DNA of 57,153 nucleotides. Origin: Reclinomonas americana ATCC 50394. Taxonomy: Eukaryota. Both the position numbers and the translations under genes were made by a program. Shown here piece by piece: positions 39,861-51,829 of the stretch (positions are counted from its first letter, which is position 1; each line of letters begins with the position of its first letter). The stretch is taken from the NCBI GenBank assembly GCA_048213135.1, contig PS015023.1, positions 30,869-88,021 of the forward strand, written 5' to 3'. Below the pieces are notes generated by a model that had not been told where the DNA came from, did no database searches, and saw only the letters and a list, made by a program, of their open reading frames with translations.

Positions 39861-41768
39861 ATGAGCGCACCGCCTCCCGGATCACTGGCAGCGGCATACA
39901 TGGCCACCCGCCCGCCCGCTGCTGCGGCCGCCGCCGGTTCCCCGCCGGCAACCATCTACGCACCAAACATGCCGGGTTCGGGTCCGATGCCGGCTCCAAT
40001 GATGATGGTGCCGATGATGATGCCCGTCGGTTCCCCCATGACCATGAACATGGGTGCCATGCCCATGCCCGTGCAAATGCCCATGCCGGGACCGCCTTCG
40101 CCGTCGTCGATTCCGGTGTCGCCGAGAAGCGTTGCACCTGGCACGCCGGCTGAGGTCGAGATGCAGTTCATCGCGCGTGGCAACGGCAGCGTGGCACACC
40201 CGCTGGCGGCTGTCGGCGGCATGCAGGAGGTGAGTGCGTGATGTGTGTTCGAAAAAGCGGGTTCTGTTTTGAGTGGTGATGATGATGATGATGGGTTTGC
40301 GCTGCAGACGCTGGCGGTGATGGCGCAGCAGAGCAAGGTGCGCCTGGAACGCCCGCGATACGAGCGCATGGACCAGCCGTTGCGACGAGGTTTGTGAGTG
40401 TGCGCGTGTGTGTGTGTGTTGCGTGATTACCTGTATGTCAGAGTCGTTCATTATTGGACACAGTGGAGGAGATTTCGTGCGACTGCGCCGCCTGCTGCGT
40501 GCTGTGCAACCTGTGCTGTACATGCAAGGGCCCGTCGACTCTCACCACTGTGCAGGGTGGCACGGTGCAGGTGAGAGAAGGCGCACTTGCTCTCGTCCGG
40601 ACGGGAACCGTTTTAAATTTGCAGTCTGCAGGTCTCCAACGAGAACACTCGCGGCGCGCTCTTCCGCAGCAAGGTGCTGTGGACCGACGAGATCAAGCTA
40701 CCTGGCTGCTGCAGCATCCTCTGCTGCTGCTGCCGCTGCGGCGATTGCTGCACCGGCGACCTGCCGAATGACATTACCTGGGAGGTGAGCAGCGACGTCG
40801 TTGACTGCTTCTCTCCGTCGTGCGTGTTCGCCAAAGCCCCCGTGCACAGGAGTCGGCCATCTTCTCCCACGCCGCGTACGACCCCCAAGACCCGCGCTCG
40901 ACAGCCTTTGCCGTCCGGCGTCGAACTGTGCGTCGCAAGACGCCTTATGCGGCTCCGTTGCGGACATGTCATCGTCCTTTTCGCAACCCCCTACACTCAC
41001 CATATCGCCCCGTGCCCGCAGTGCGCCGTGCTGCTGCTGCACGCAGTACTATTACCCGGTGGAGCGCACCGACATTGCGGTGGTCGACACGCGCCACGCA
41101 CAGCACCCGGTCGCCACCGGCGCCATCAATGGTCCGCACAACACCGTCTTCACCGACATTAATGGCTTTGGTGCGGGACCGGCACAGTGCTCCATGAACA
41201 CGTCCACCACGCAGATCACGCAGGTGCCTGTGCGTCATCGCCTCGATCCGGGCTGCTGTGCGCCGTGTTGCATCTGCCTCGGGTGCCACGGCAGCCGCAT
41301 GTGCCAGTACGAGTGCTGCATGCAGTACGCCGACACGGTGGACGAGTGGCACTTTATGCGGCCGAACCCGCAGGTGATGGGCGGCAGCGAGCAGGTCGGG
41401 CGCATGGTGTTCAAGGTGCCGGGTGTGTCGGCCACCCGCGTGAAGCTGAAGGGCATCAATACGCCTGTGGACGATCAGGATGGTGCGTCGTGGTGATCCT
41501 TCCCTCTTTCTCTCTCTCTCCCAGTTGCTGACGGGGCGTTCACAGATGACCTGCCGGTGGCCGGCAACGTGGAAAAGGGCCTGGCGCTGGAGTTCACGCC
41601 GGTGAGCACGGCGGAGGAGAAGCTGGCCATGGTGGGAGCGGCGCTCAGCGAGTGGCCGCGTGCGGTGTGTGTGTGTGTGTGTGTGTCTGCAGTTGTTGGG
41701 TGTGGTGTGTGGGTTGTTCGCTGAGATCGAGAGGTGGGGGTGCAGGATATTCTGTTCGCCAGCGATGA
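39861..41768 (+). CDS. Cys-rich phospholipid-scramblase/Tubby-C-like protein with a Pro/Met-rich N-terminus
   Basis: Pro-rich N-terminus, several poly-Cys clusters (CCSILCCCCRC, PCCCC, GCCAPCCIC), QVGRM, and C-terminal LALEFTPVSTAEEKLAMVGAAL resembling the scramblase F.I.FP....V..KA.MIGA segment. Confidence 0.55.
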
Positions 41769-42004
41769 GTTGCACCAGACGCGCTCGGGCGACATTACTG
41801 TCGTGGCACGCAACTATCGTTCCGCGGCTCGGGGCAAGCGCTTCTCCAAGAATGGTTGACAGCGCAACTGCAACAAGCGCCTTTCCAAGACACAATTCAT
41901 GCGACTATTTTTCCGAGACTCCCACTCGCAGTCAATAAACATCTGACGAGAGCGAAAACGGCAAAGCACTACATGAAGTCACCACGACAGGCACTACTTG
42001 TGCC

Positions 42005-42926
42005 TCACTCCTCCGCCGGCGGGGCCGCGTGCGCCGGTCGACTGGAATACAAGGTGGCACGGCCCATCATCTCCAGAGGGTCGGGGCCCTCCTCCGGACC
42101 CGCATCCTCCACCACCTCCTCCGCATCAATGTCATCCGGACGCGCCACAATCACTGCACGTCGCCAACGCAATGAGAAAGCAGGAAAACAGAAACTGTTG
42201 TTTTCGTACCGAACACACAGACCAGTGCACGGGGCGTGTCTGACCAGGTGGTCGACCATGGAGCCCATGAACATGCGCGACAGACCGCCTGCTCCGTGCG
42301 TACCCACCACCAGAAACGTGGCATTCTCCCGCTCCGCAAATCGCACCAGACCGTGACGAATGTGCTTCGCCGGAACAATGCGTTCGTGAATCGTATAATC
42401 GCCCGACGGGAGATGCGCCTGCAATGAGGAAAGAGTCAGAGAGGGGAGAGAGATGCGCTCTTTTCTTCTCTAACAATGTGTGACCTGCAATGTGGTCTTG
42501 GCTTGCTCCAGATTCGTGGCGGCCTCCTCCACCACCGGTGGCATCACCATCAGCTGCGCAATGGGCACCACTCGTCCATCGCCGTCTTTGACTGCCTGTG
42601 TGTGTGTGCGCGAGGAGAAGAGAGAGTGAATGAGCAAATCACGCGCACACACACAGAATGAGGGTGGACGACGCGCACATCAGAGTCCTTGATCAGTGCC
42701 ACGAGGAGAATCTCGTCGCCGGGGCGCACCAGACACGCACACTTGCGCACAGCGTGCAGGGAAAACTTGGAACTGGAGAGACACAGAGAGTGAGAGAAGA
42801 GCGGGTGAGAGGTGTGTTGTGTAGACGCACGCACCCGTCGACTCCAACCACAAAGCGTCGCATGTTCTTGATGGCGGCGGCCTCTTGTTCGGGTGAGCGT
42901 CGGATGTGGAGACGTAAGGGACACAT
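42005..42926 (-). CDS. Universal stress protein (UspA-like)
   Basis: RRFVVGVDGSKFSLHAV...PGDEILLV and LVVGTHGAGGLSRMFMGSMVDHLVRHAPCTVIVAR. Start codon uncertain. Confidence 0.88.
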
Positions 42927-43316
42927 CTTGTCGGCGACGTCGGCTGTTGCTGTGGCTGGTGGGTGGCGGTGGGTGGTGGTGGTGGTGGTGGTGGTGGTGG
43001 TGGTGGTAGTAGTACGGCGAGAGCAGCAAGTGAACTGGGCAGAGGGAGGGAGGGGGAGAAAGGAGGGAGTGAGGGAGGAAGTGGTCAAGAATTGTTGCGA
43101 AGTCGATGATATGCAAGCTGGGCAGACCAACATTTGTGGGTTGTGGTGGGCGAGTGATCAGCACGACTGGCAAGCTGCTGGTCTTGTGTGTATGTCTCAC
43201 AGGAAGCGATGGAACAGTGGTCGCGCGCGGGATTCTATTGTCTCGACTATACATTCTAATGTAACACCTCCACGTGTGCAGGCACTCCTGCCTGTGCGCG
43301 CGCTCACCCGACAACC

Positions 43317-44555
43317 TCACAGCAACGTGCATCTGCTTGACCTCCTATTCTGCTGCGACTCCGTCGGCGACTGCGGGCTGGGATCGTCACCGACTGCGCG
43401 ACGCGGGCGCATGGTAATCGCCTCCACCGCCAGCTGCAATGCCAACTCAAACACGGCTTTCACGCCGACCCCAGTCAAGGCACTGCATGCGCGGAAGACG
43501 ATGAGTGCGTGCACACGGATTCACGAGCAAGCAGTGAGCTGTGTTTCCAGAACCTGCACTCCAGATACTTGGCGGCCTTCACCTTGACTGCCAAGGCTCG
43601 CCCAGCCTTCTCCATCACGAGTGCCGAACTCGTGCCATCTCGCAGGTCGGCTGAGAGGGTATCGCTGCGTGCGTCAGTCACTTGCACCACTGAAACGCAA
43701 GACACCAATGGCGTCTACCTTTTGTTCCGACGAGGATGATGGACGCCTGTGGGCAGTGGGTTTTGAGCTCTGGAACCCTGGATGAGTGCGTGCGGTTAAG
43801 CAAGTCAGAGAAGAGTACGAGGAGTGTGCCGATCTCGCTCACCACATTGAGGTGATGTGCTCGACAGAGGTGGGATCATCCTGCTCGCCAACAGTCAGCA
43901 TGGCGCGAGAGACAAAGAGAGACAAGTGCATGCGCAAATCCACACCAAAGCAAAGCAAGCGAGGACCACGTGCGTGGACGGGTACTGTAATGCATACAAC
44001 AGGTCAGTGCATTCGCACGACGCAACGCGAGGAGGCGAAGACGGATCATGACAGCGCACCGACAATGGTCTTAGCCGCCGGAACCTCTCGTGATCGTTCG
44101 TGTCCTGCATGAGAGAGAAGGCGGAATGCAACGAGAGCGACAGAGAGAGCGACGGCGATCACAAAAACCACGTCAGAATAGTGTTTGGGTTCACGACTCT
44201 TCTCAAAGCTGCATAAACGCTTGCTCACCCACACACCGACTATGTAGTCGCCAACATTGACCGTGGCAGTGCTGTGGCGTGCGTGAGACAGGAGCTGGAG
44301 GCGACTGAATGACATTTTTCCGACAATGATCATGATATCAACATGCATGCACACACCTCTCAACAACGTCCGTGGGTGGAATGTCGAGTTGGAATTTGTC
44401 TTCTGTGTAGCGCACCATCAGAGATGTCTGCGGGAGGGACGAGTGTGCGTGTGAATGTGTGAGTGTGAGTATGCGTGAGTGACGGGAGTGGCGTGGTGAA
44501 CCTTGCCGACTCCGTTGTCGCCCACAATGACGATCTTGACGGGGGTTGATGCCAT
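43317..44555 (-). CDS. Atypical Rho-family GTPase (G3 motif lost), CAAX CTLL, 9 exons
   Basis: MASTPVKIVIVGDNGVGKTSL...IPPTDVVES...[30 protein letters not shown]...IILVGTKADLRD...KYLECSALTG...SRCTLL*. Frame intact across all junctions. Confidence 0.88.
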
Positions 44556-44744
44556 CTTGCAGGCGGCTTGAGTACCACACACAACGCAGCGAGAAACTCA
44601 ACACGGTGGATCCCGTCAGTCGATCGATCCTGCAGAATCCGAGCGTGTACTTCTCTGCAGCCTCATTTACCAGGCGGTGCATCCGTTTATACGCATAGTA
44701 TAGGCGCGGGCACATGTATATGCATGCAACTCAACCACGCTTAT

Positions 44745-44912
44745 AATTATGCGGTGAAGATCGCAGTTCTCGACTACTTGCTTGAAGCTCCGACACACCC
44801 ACACACTGAACCTGCTGCCTCCTCATGATTGGTATCTGTGTTGATGTTTTGGATGTGGTTGGACTTGGTCATTGAGACAGCTGTTTGCTTGTTTGTTGGT
44901 GAATGAATTGTT
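44745..44912 (+). repeat. Dispersed non-coding repeat between Rho paralogues
   Basis: Alignable by eye to 21010-21172. Confidence 0.8.
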
Positions 44913-45156
44913 GTCGCACGGCATGTCTTGATCACGCGATCGCACGCCAGCATGCCATCTCGACTTTTTCTCGTTTTTCCGGTGATGTCTGAGTTTCTGG
45001 TGCTCTCTCAAGATAGTGATCATCATGCAGCTGTGTTGCTGTTTGGATTAGAAAGTTGTTGTTGTTGTTGTTGTTGTTGCTTTCGGGATCGATATCCATC
45101 TCTTCTATCATGCACTCCTTCGAATATGTACATCTCCATACGCTCCCCCGACAAGC

Positions 45157-45871
45157 TCACAGCAACGTGCATCGTCTTGACCTCCTATTCTGCTGCAACT
45201 CCGTCGGCGACTGTGGGCTGGGATCGCTCCGTGACCGCTGTGCTCTGTCAGGCGCAATAATCGCACCCCCCGACGTCTTCGTCTGCCGTGCCGACGATCC
45301 ACCGACTGTGCGACTGCTCTCCATCACCTCCACCGCCAGCTGCACCGCCGACTCCAACACGGTCTCCACACCGACTCCAGTCAAGGCACTGCAGCAATGG
45401 TGAGCGACAGAGCGTGTGTGCATGGACTCGCAAGCATCGTTGTCGTAACCTGCACTCCAGGTACTTGACAGCTCGCACCTTGGTGGCCAAGGCCTGCCCG
45501 GCCTCTGCGGTCACTTGTGACGTGCTGGTGCCATCTCGCAGGTCGGCTGCGAGGCAGCGTGCATCGGTCAATATTTTGCACGCCTGACAAGACAACTGCG
45601 AATGATTGGAGTACCTTTTGTTCCAACAAGGATAATGGACGCCTGTGGGCAGTAGTGTCTGACCTCGGCAACCCTGTACAGGAGTGCGTGTAATTGAGCA
45701 AGCCGAAGAGTGCGAGGACCTGGCAAGGAAATAGGAAGAGCACACTACTGGAGTGTTCTCTGTCGCACGCCGTCTCCCCCGATGGTCAACACATCGTGTG
45801 TGGGATATCAGCGGCTTTGTGTTTTTTCGGTCCACGCCGTGCGGCCTCGCTCGGTAGGAGCAGGAATGTGC

Positions 45872-45960
<89 letters not shown>

Positions 45961-46550
45961 CTCATCTACGTACGTACGTCGTACGTACGTACGTCGTACG
46001 TACGTACGTACGTACGTACGTACGTACGTACGTACGTACGTACGTACGTACGTACGTACGTACGTACNNNNNNNNNNNNNNNNNNNNNNNNNNNNNNNNN
46101 NNNNNNNNNNNNNNNNNNNNNNNNNNNNNNNNNNNNNNNNNNNNNNNNNNNNNNNNNNNNNNNNNNNNNNNNNNNNNNNNNNNNNNNNNNNNNNNNNNNN
46201 NNNNNNNNNNNNNNNNNNNNNNNNNNNNNNNNNNNNNNNNNNNNNNNNNNNNNNNNNNNNNNNNNNNNNNNNNNNNNNNNNNNNNNNNNNNNNNNNNNNN
46301 NNNNNNNNNNNNNNNNNNNNNNNNNNNNNNNNNNNNNNNNNNNNNNNNNNNNNNNNNNNNNNNNNNNNNNNNNNNNNNNNNNNNNNNNNNNNNNNNNNNN
46401 NNNNNNNNNNNNNNNNNNNNNNNNNNNNNNNNNNNNNNNNNNNGGGTAGGTAGTTACGTACGTCGGTCGTTTCGTTCGTTTTTCGGTTTTCCGTTACCGT
46501 CCGTCGTCGGCCGTCCGTCCGTCGGTACGGTAGGACGAGGAAGTAGTGTC

Positions 46551-46623
<73 letters not shown>

Positions 46624-47362
46624 TTCCTCACTTACCACAGCGAGGTAACGTGCTCGGCAGAGGTGGGGTTATCCTGCTCTCCAACAGTCAGCATGGCTCG
46701 AGAGAAGAAGAGAGAGAAGTGAAAGTCCGCACCAGAGCAAAGCACACAAGGAACACGTGCGTGCCCGGGTACTGTCAGTCAACAACAGTTGTCAGTGCAA
46801 GACGCAACGCGGGGAGACAGATCATATCAGCGCACCGATATCGGTCTCAGTCGCCGGTACTCCTCTTGACCGGCTGTGTCCTGCAGCGATGAGGGAAGAC
46901 ACAGCACAACGCGAGAGTGAGAGAGTGAGAGAGTGAGAGAGTGAGAGAGTGAGTGAGAAACGTGTTCCGTTCGAAATGCAAGTCTCTTCGCACAGCTGCA
47001 TGAACGCTTGCTCACCCACAGACTAACTTCCTGGTCGCCGACCTTGCGCGCAAAGTTGCTGTGCGTGTGTGCGTGGCGTGAGACAACACGAATGGCGACC
47101 AAAAATGACATTGTTGTCCGCCAATCCATCACGCGCACGCGCACACGCAACTCAATCACTGTGGGTGGAATGCCGTGCTGGAACTCGTCCTCCGTGTAGC
47201 GCAGCACCAGCGAGGTCTGTGGGGGGAGAGAGAGAGGAATGCGTGTGAATGCGTGTGTCATGCGTGTGGGGAAGTGTGAGTGTCATGGTGGGTCACCTTG
47301 CCGACGCAGCTGTCGCCGACAATGACAAGCTTGGCGACTCCGTCTTTGATAGTTGAGGTCAT
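45157..47362 (-). CDS. Rho-family GTPase with Ser at position 12, CAAX CTLL (spans a gap), 9 exons
   Basis: KLVIVGDSCVGKTSLVLRYTEDEF...PPTVIDNF...[28 protein letters not shown]...LVGTKADLRD...YLECSALTG...RRCTLL*. Confidence 0.92.
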
Positions 47363-47485
47363 TGGTGTCAGTGGTGTCCGCGTGTGGTGTGGTGGGAAAA
47401 CAGAAACGGGAAACACGTCTTGTCTGTCAGGTTCTAGAATTCTGACTGTGATATCCGACGTGAATTCATTCTTTCACAATCTCTC

Positions 47486-50400
47486 TTACTTGTACAAAGC
47501 GCCCTCCGAATCAGGGAGAAATGACCCGATCACACGAACAAGAATGCCGCACTGCCGCCCGAGGACCTCGGTTGGAAGTCCATCATTGTCACTTGCCATG
47601 GACCACACCCGCACCGTCTTGTCGTCACTGCCGCTGACAATGTGGTGCCCGTCGGGAGTGACAGCCACAGATCGCACCCACTGCGTGTGCCCCTCCAACC
47701 GTCGCACTTCCTCGCCACTCGCTAGTGACCACACTCGCACAGTCATGTCATCGCTGCCACTGATTATGTGTTGGCCGTCGGGAGTGACGACGACCGACCA
47801 CACAAACCCAATGTGTCCTCGCAACCGACGCACTGCCTCGGTGTGATTTGTCAGCGACCACACGTGCACGGTCTTGTCCTCGCTCCCGCTGACAACGTGC
47901 TGTCCGTCGGGAGTAACAGCGACAGACCACACAATGTCGGTGTGCCCCTCCAACTGTTGCGTTTCCTCGCCACTCGCCAGCGACCACACGCGAACGGTTT
48001 TGTCGAGACTTCCACTCACAACGTGCTGTCCGTCGGGAGTGACAGCCACCGACGATACCGCATCCGTGTGCCCCACCAGTCGTCGCACCTCTTCACCACT
48101 CGCCAGTGACCACACTCGCACCGAGTTGTCTTTGCTGCCACTGACAACGTGCTGACTGTCGGGCGTGACGGCGACTGAGTACACCATGCTCGTGTGTCCT
48201 TGCATACGATGCACTTCTGTGCCACTCGCCATGGACCACACTCGCACGCTCATGTCTGTGCTCGCGCTCACGAGGTGCTCACCGTCGCGAGTTACGGCCA
48301 CGGAAGTCACCCAGTCAGTGTGCCCCACGAAGCGTCGCACTTCTGCACCATTCGTCATTGACCACACACGAACCGTCCGGTCATCGCTGCCACTCACGCA
48401 GTGCTGACCATCGGGGGTGACGGCGACAGACAAAACCTGTGCCGTGTGCCCATCCTGCGGCTTTCTCGGCCACGTCACACCCGTCACATCCGCCCCTCGA
48501 AAGTCGGCCTCCCTCGCGAATGCCATGCACAGGTTCACACCTCGCAGATCGGCTCCTCTCCACACCGTCTTGTGCATCACCGCATCCCTCAGATCTGCCC
48601 CCCTGACTCGCACGCCCGACAGGTCTCGCCCACTGAACGGAACCTCCGCAAGACATAGTGCACTGGCCGCACTCGATGCCACATGAGCAATTCTTGCTTC
48701 CGTGCGCGACATCTCAATGGCATTCCACAGCACGTCGTGCAGCGACGAGTCGGCACGCACCTGTTCGGCGATGAAGGACAGGATGGAGTTGAGACCCTGC
48801 GAACAGGAGGGAAAAAGAGTGAGCTGTGCATTGCGAGGAATCTGACAGCTACTGTACCCCACACTCACCTCATCCGACGTGAGCAACACCCGTTGACCGC
48901 TAAAGCTACAGCACAGGCTGTCGACTCGATCCTGCAGAGTGGACAACAGAGACAGCTGGTGAGCAGGCGCGCCATCCTGCCACAAGAGGCAGGCTTACCT
49001 CCAGTTCAACTCCCGGATCGGCCAGAATCCGCACGTCAGCTAGCCACGACTGCGCGGCAAAATACTCCAACACCGACTTGTGCATGAATTCCACGCGTTG
49101 CTGTGACATCCCCAACCTGCTCCACCTCAGCAATGCCTGCAATCGAGTCGCTATGAGGAAACTTCCGTGCAAAAGGGACGCAATATTTACGCAACAGCGC
49201 GGGCAAGGGAGTTTTGCGACGGATCGTCACGATCGAACCACTTGGCCCACAGTTGCTGCTCAGCAATCGAGCGCTGCACACGGAGAATGGACGGGAGAAT
49301 GAGATGCCACAGCGCGACCAGACTTCAAGTAGCGCGCACACCTCCAACATGCCAGCGCCCTGCCGCACAGACGTCAGCGAGTATTGCATCATTTCGCTGG
49401 CAAGGTCCGAACAGAAATCCCACACACGACGGCAGAAAGTCTCCGTTGATTCCTCGTCGCCGTAAATCTGCGCACAAAAGGCGAGATCATAAATGCACAT
49501 ACTGTGTGTGTGTGTGGAACACATACACATCCAGCAGCAAGCAAGCACACCTGTCGAATGTTCACGTGGTGATGCTCAAACTCCCAACGCAATTTGCGAT
49601 TGGCAAACGCCTCGTACAATTGTGTTCGAGTCACTCGCATCATGGAAGCGTCACCACCGCTGGCCTTGAGGCGTTCCAGATCCTCCGTCACCAGCACGAT
49701 CATGTTGAGCATCAGTGGCTGCATGCAGGAGGCACAGTAGATGCGTGAGGATGAAGCAAGGGCAGTCACCAAGAGGCGGGACACAGCTCACCGACGACGC
49801 CAGTCCTTCCAATCCGGGAGTCTCATCAATCACTTGTTTGTGCTGTTGCCACGAGCGCGGATGGTCCACGCGCGATACCACGAACCTACATGCTCGTGAG
49901 AGAGAGAGCCAGCAGCAAGGGAGATGAGTACATGAAAGTAACTTTTGCAGAAAGAGCTCGACGTCGTCCTTGGAGAAGAGGCGCAGCATGCATCGAGCCA
50001 GCGTGCGCTCCGGTTGGTTGAACAGTGCCTCGCGCGACAGCCGTGGGTTCACTGGCACAAAGTGCTCTTCGGCCCAGAAATTGCCGAGGCGGTTGATAAA
50101 CTCGCGGCGCACTGAGACCACCAGCAGAACATTCGGCCAACTCTGCATGAGAAGTTGAGGACGAGTTTGTTGTTATGTATGGAGCTTTTGTGGCGAGTCA
50201 CGCAACGTCCAGGTCGTGGATGACAAACAAGTTGCCGGGTGGCTCACCACACTCGTCGTATCCATCGAGAACCAGCACAACGGTACCAACGCGGCGGAGC
50301 TGTACAGCACATTGGTTGTCAGGCGTCGGAGTACACACACACAGAGAGAGAGAAGAAAATGGCTACCTCATCCTCCGTCACTTGCAGCAGCGCATCAGCC

Positions 50401-51301
50401 ACTGCTTCGTTTGCCTCCTGGAGGAGGTAAGGCAGTAGCGCTCCTTGTCTGCGCAGTACGTCCTCACGAGGAATGCTGGAGAGTCGAGCCGACAACACCA
50501 GGGTGTTGTCGCGCTTGTGCAGGCGGGTGGTCAGCTGTCGCAGCAGCACGGATTTGCCGGAGCCGGACCAACCGGCCACCACCAGAACCTGCACAACAAA
50601 CGACCCAACAAGAAAGCGCGCGCGTTACTGCATGTGTGTGTACACACTCAATGTTACACAAGTGAATAGACAGCAGCAGCACCTTATCCGTCGGCTTCAC
50701 GCGGTTGACAAACTTGTCCAGTAGTTCGTCGGCCAGTAGCGCCGTCGCGCGACCTCCGGCAGAGTCGGCCTCTGATGTAGTTGCGTTGGCCCAGAGAGGA
50801 ACCTATGAGTGTCAGCAGCCAGTGTGTCAGTGTGCAAGCCAGATCAAGGCGCGACGGTAGCAGCTGCGACGACAACGCAACGAGACACTCGACGGCAGCG
50901 AGGTTGTTGGGGTCATTGGCTGCCGGCAAGACCGCCTTGACGTCGGAAGCTTCGTGGAAAGCGTCGATCTTGATCTGCAACGGCGACCTGAAGGCCAGTT
51001 CACCACTGCTAATGTATGCTCCAGCCAACGGAGAGCTGGGCGGTCGTGGTCGGGGACTTCCGTCAAGAGCTGCTCCGCAACGCGACGCTCCGCAACCACC
51101 GCCTCGAAGGGCGGGACGCGTGTGCCTGTGTCGAAATCGATGACGAGCACCGCCGCTGAGTTCAACAACAAGAGTGAGTTTGTCATTGCACGGATGCCGA
51201 CCACGATCGCGACTTCTCACAGTGTGCACAGAGGGAGACAAGATGCGGCTCCCCTCTCTCTCTCGCGTACTGATATTGTGCATCGCCACTTGCCATGCCA
51301 T
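47486..51301 (-). CDS. NLR-like STAND protein: NACHT-type NTPase + pentapeptide repeats + 7 WD40 repeats (start uncertain)
   Basis: Walker A VAGWSGSGKS, Walker B VLVLDGYDE, LLVVSVRREF (sensor 1), QPLMLNM, FMHKSVLEYFAA (winged helix), pentapeptides (ADLRDA, ADLRGVNL, ADFRGADV) and seven GH...VAVTPDG..SGS.D.TVRVW repeats. Confidence 0.88.
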
Positions 51302-51829
51302 GCGTGCACGACAGACTGCACAGTGCCGCCCGCACCCTGGGCCACTCTCACTGACGACAACAAGGACATGCAGAGCCCTTGAAATCCCACAAGAAAACGC
51401 ACCTGCCCAGTGGCAAATTCGAATCTTTTGCATTCCCGAGCTGTTCGCCACCCCGCGCAATAGGCGACACGACTCGCGAGCACGGATCTCCATCCAGGGC
51501 ACTCTCAGTAGTCACTGTCACAAAGGTGGGCGCACACGGTCGGAGAGTCATCGTGGTGAGAGAAATGCGCATCTCTCTCTGTGGGTGCGATTATTCGAGT
51601 GGTTTTGGTGGGTTTCGCACAATTTCGTTTTGGTGCCTTCAGGCCAAGTGTCCGCAGACGGCTTACCTAATTGCAGAAAAAGGGGTGAGCAATGACTGCT
51701 CCGACGTTGACTCATTTTCCACTTACATCGCAGCTTCGAAACGGGCGGAAATCCGAAGTGGAGCAGAAAGGCAGCAACAATGGCGACTATCGTCTCTTGA
51801 GTTCTGTTCTTCACTTCACCCTCCATTAT

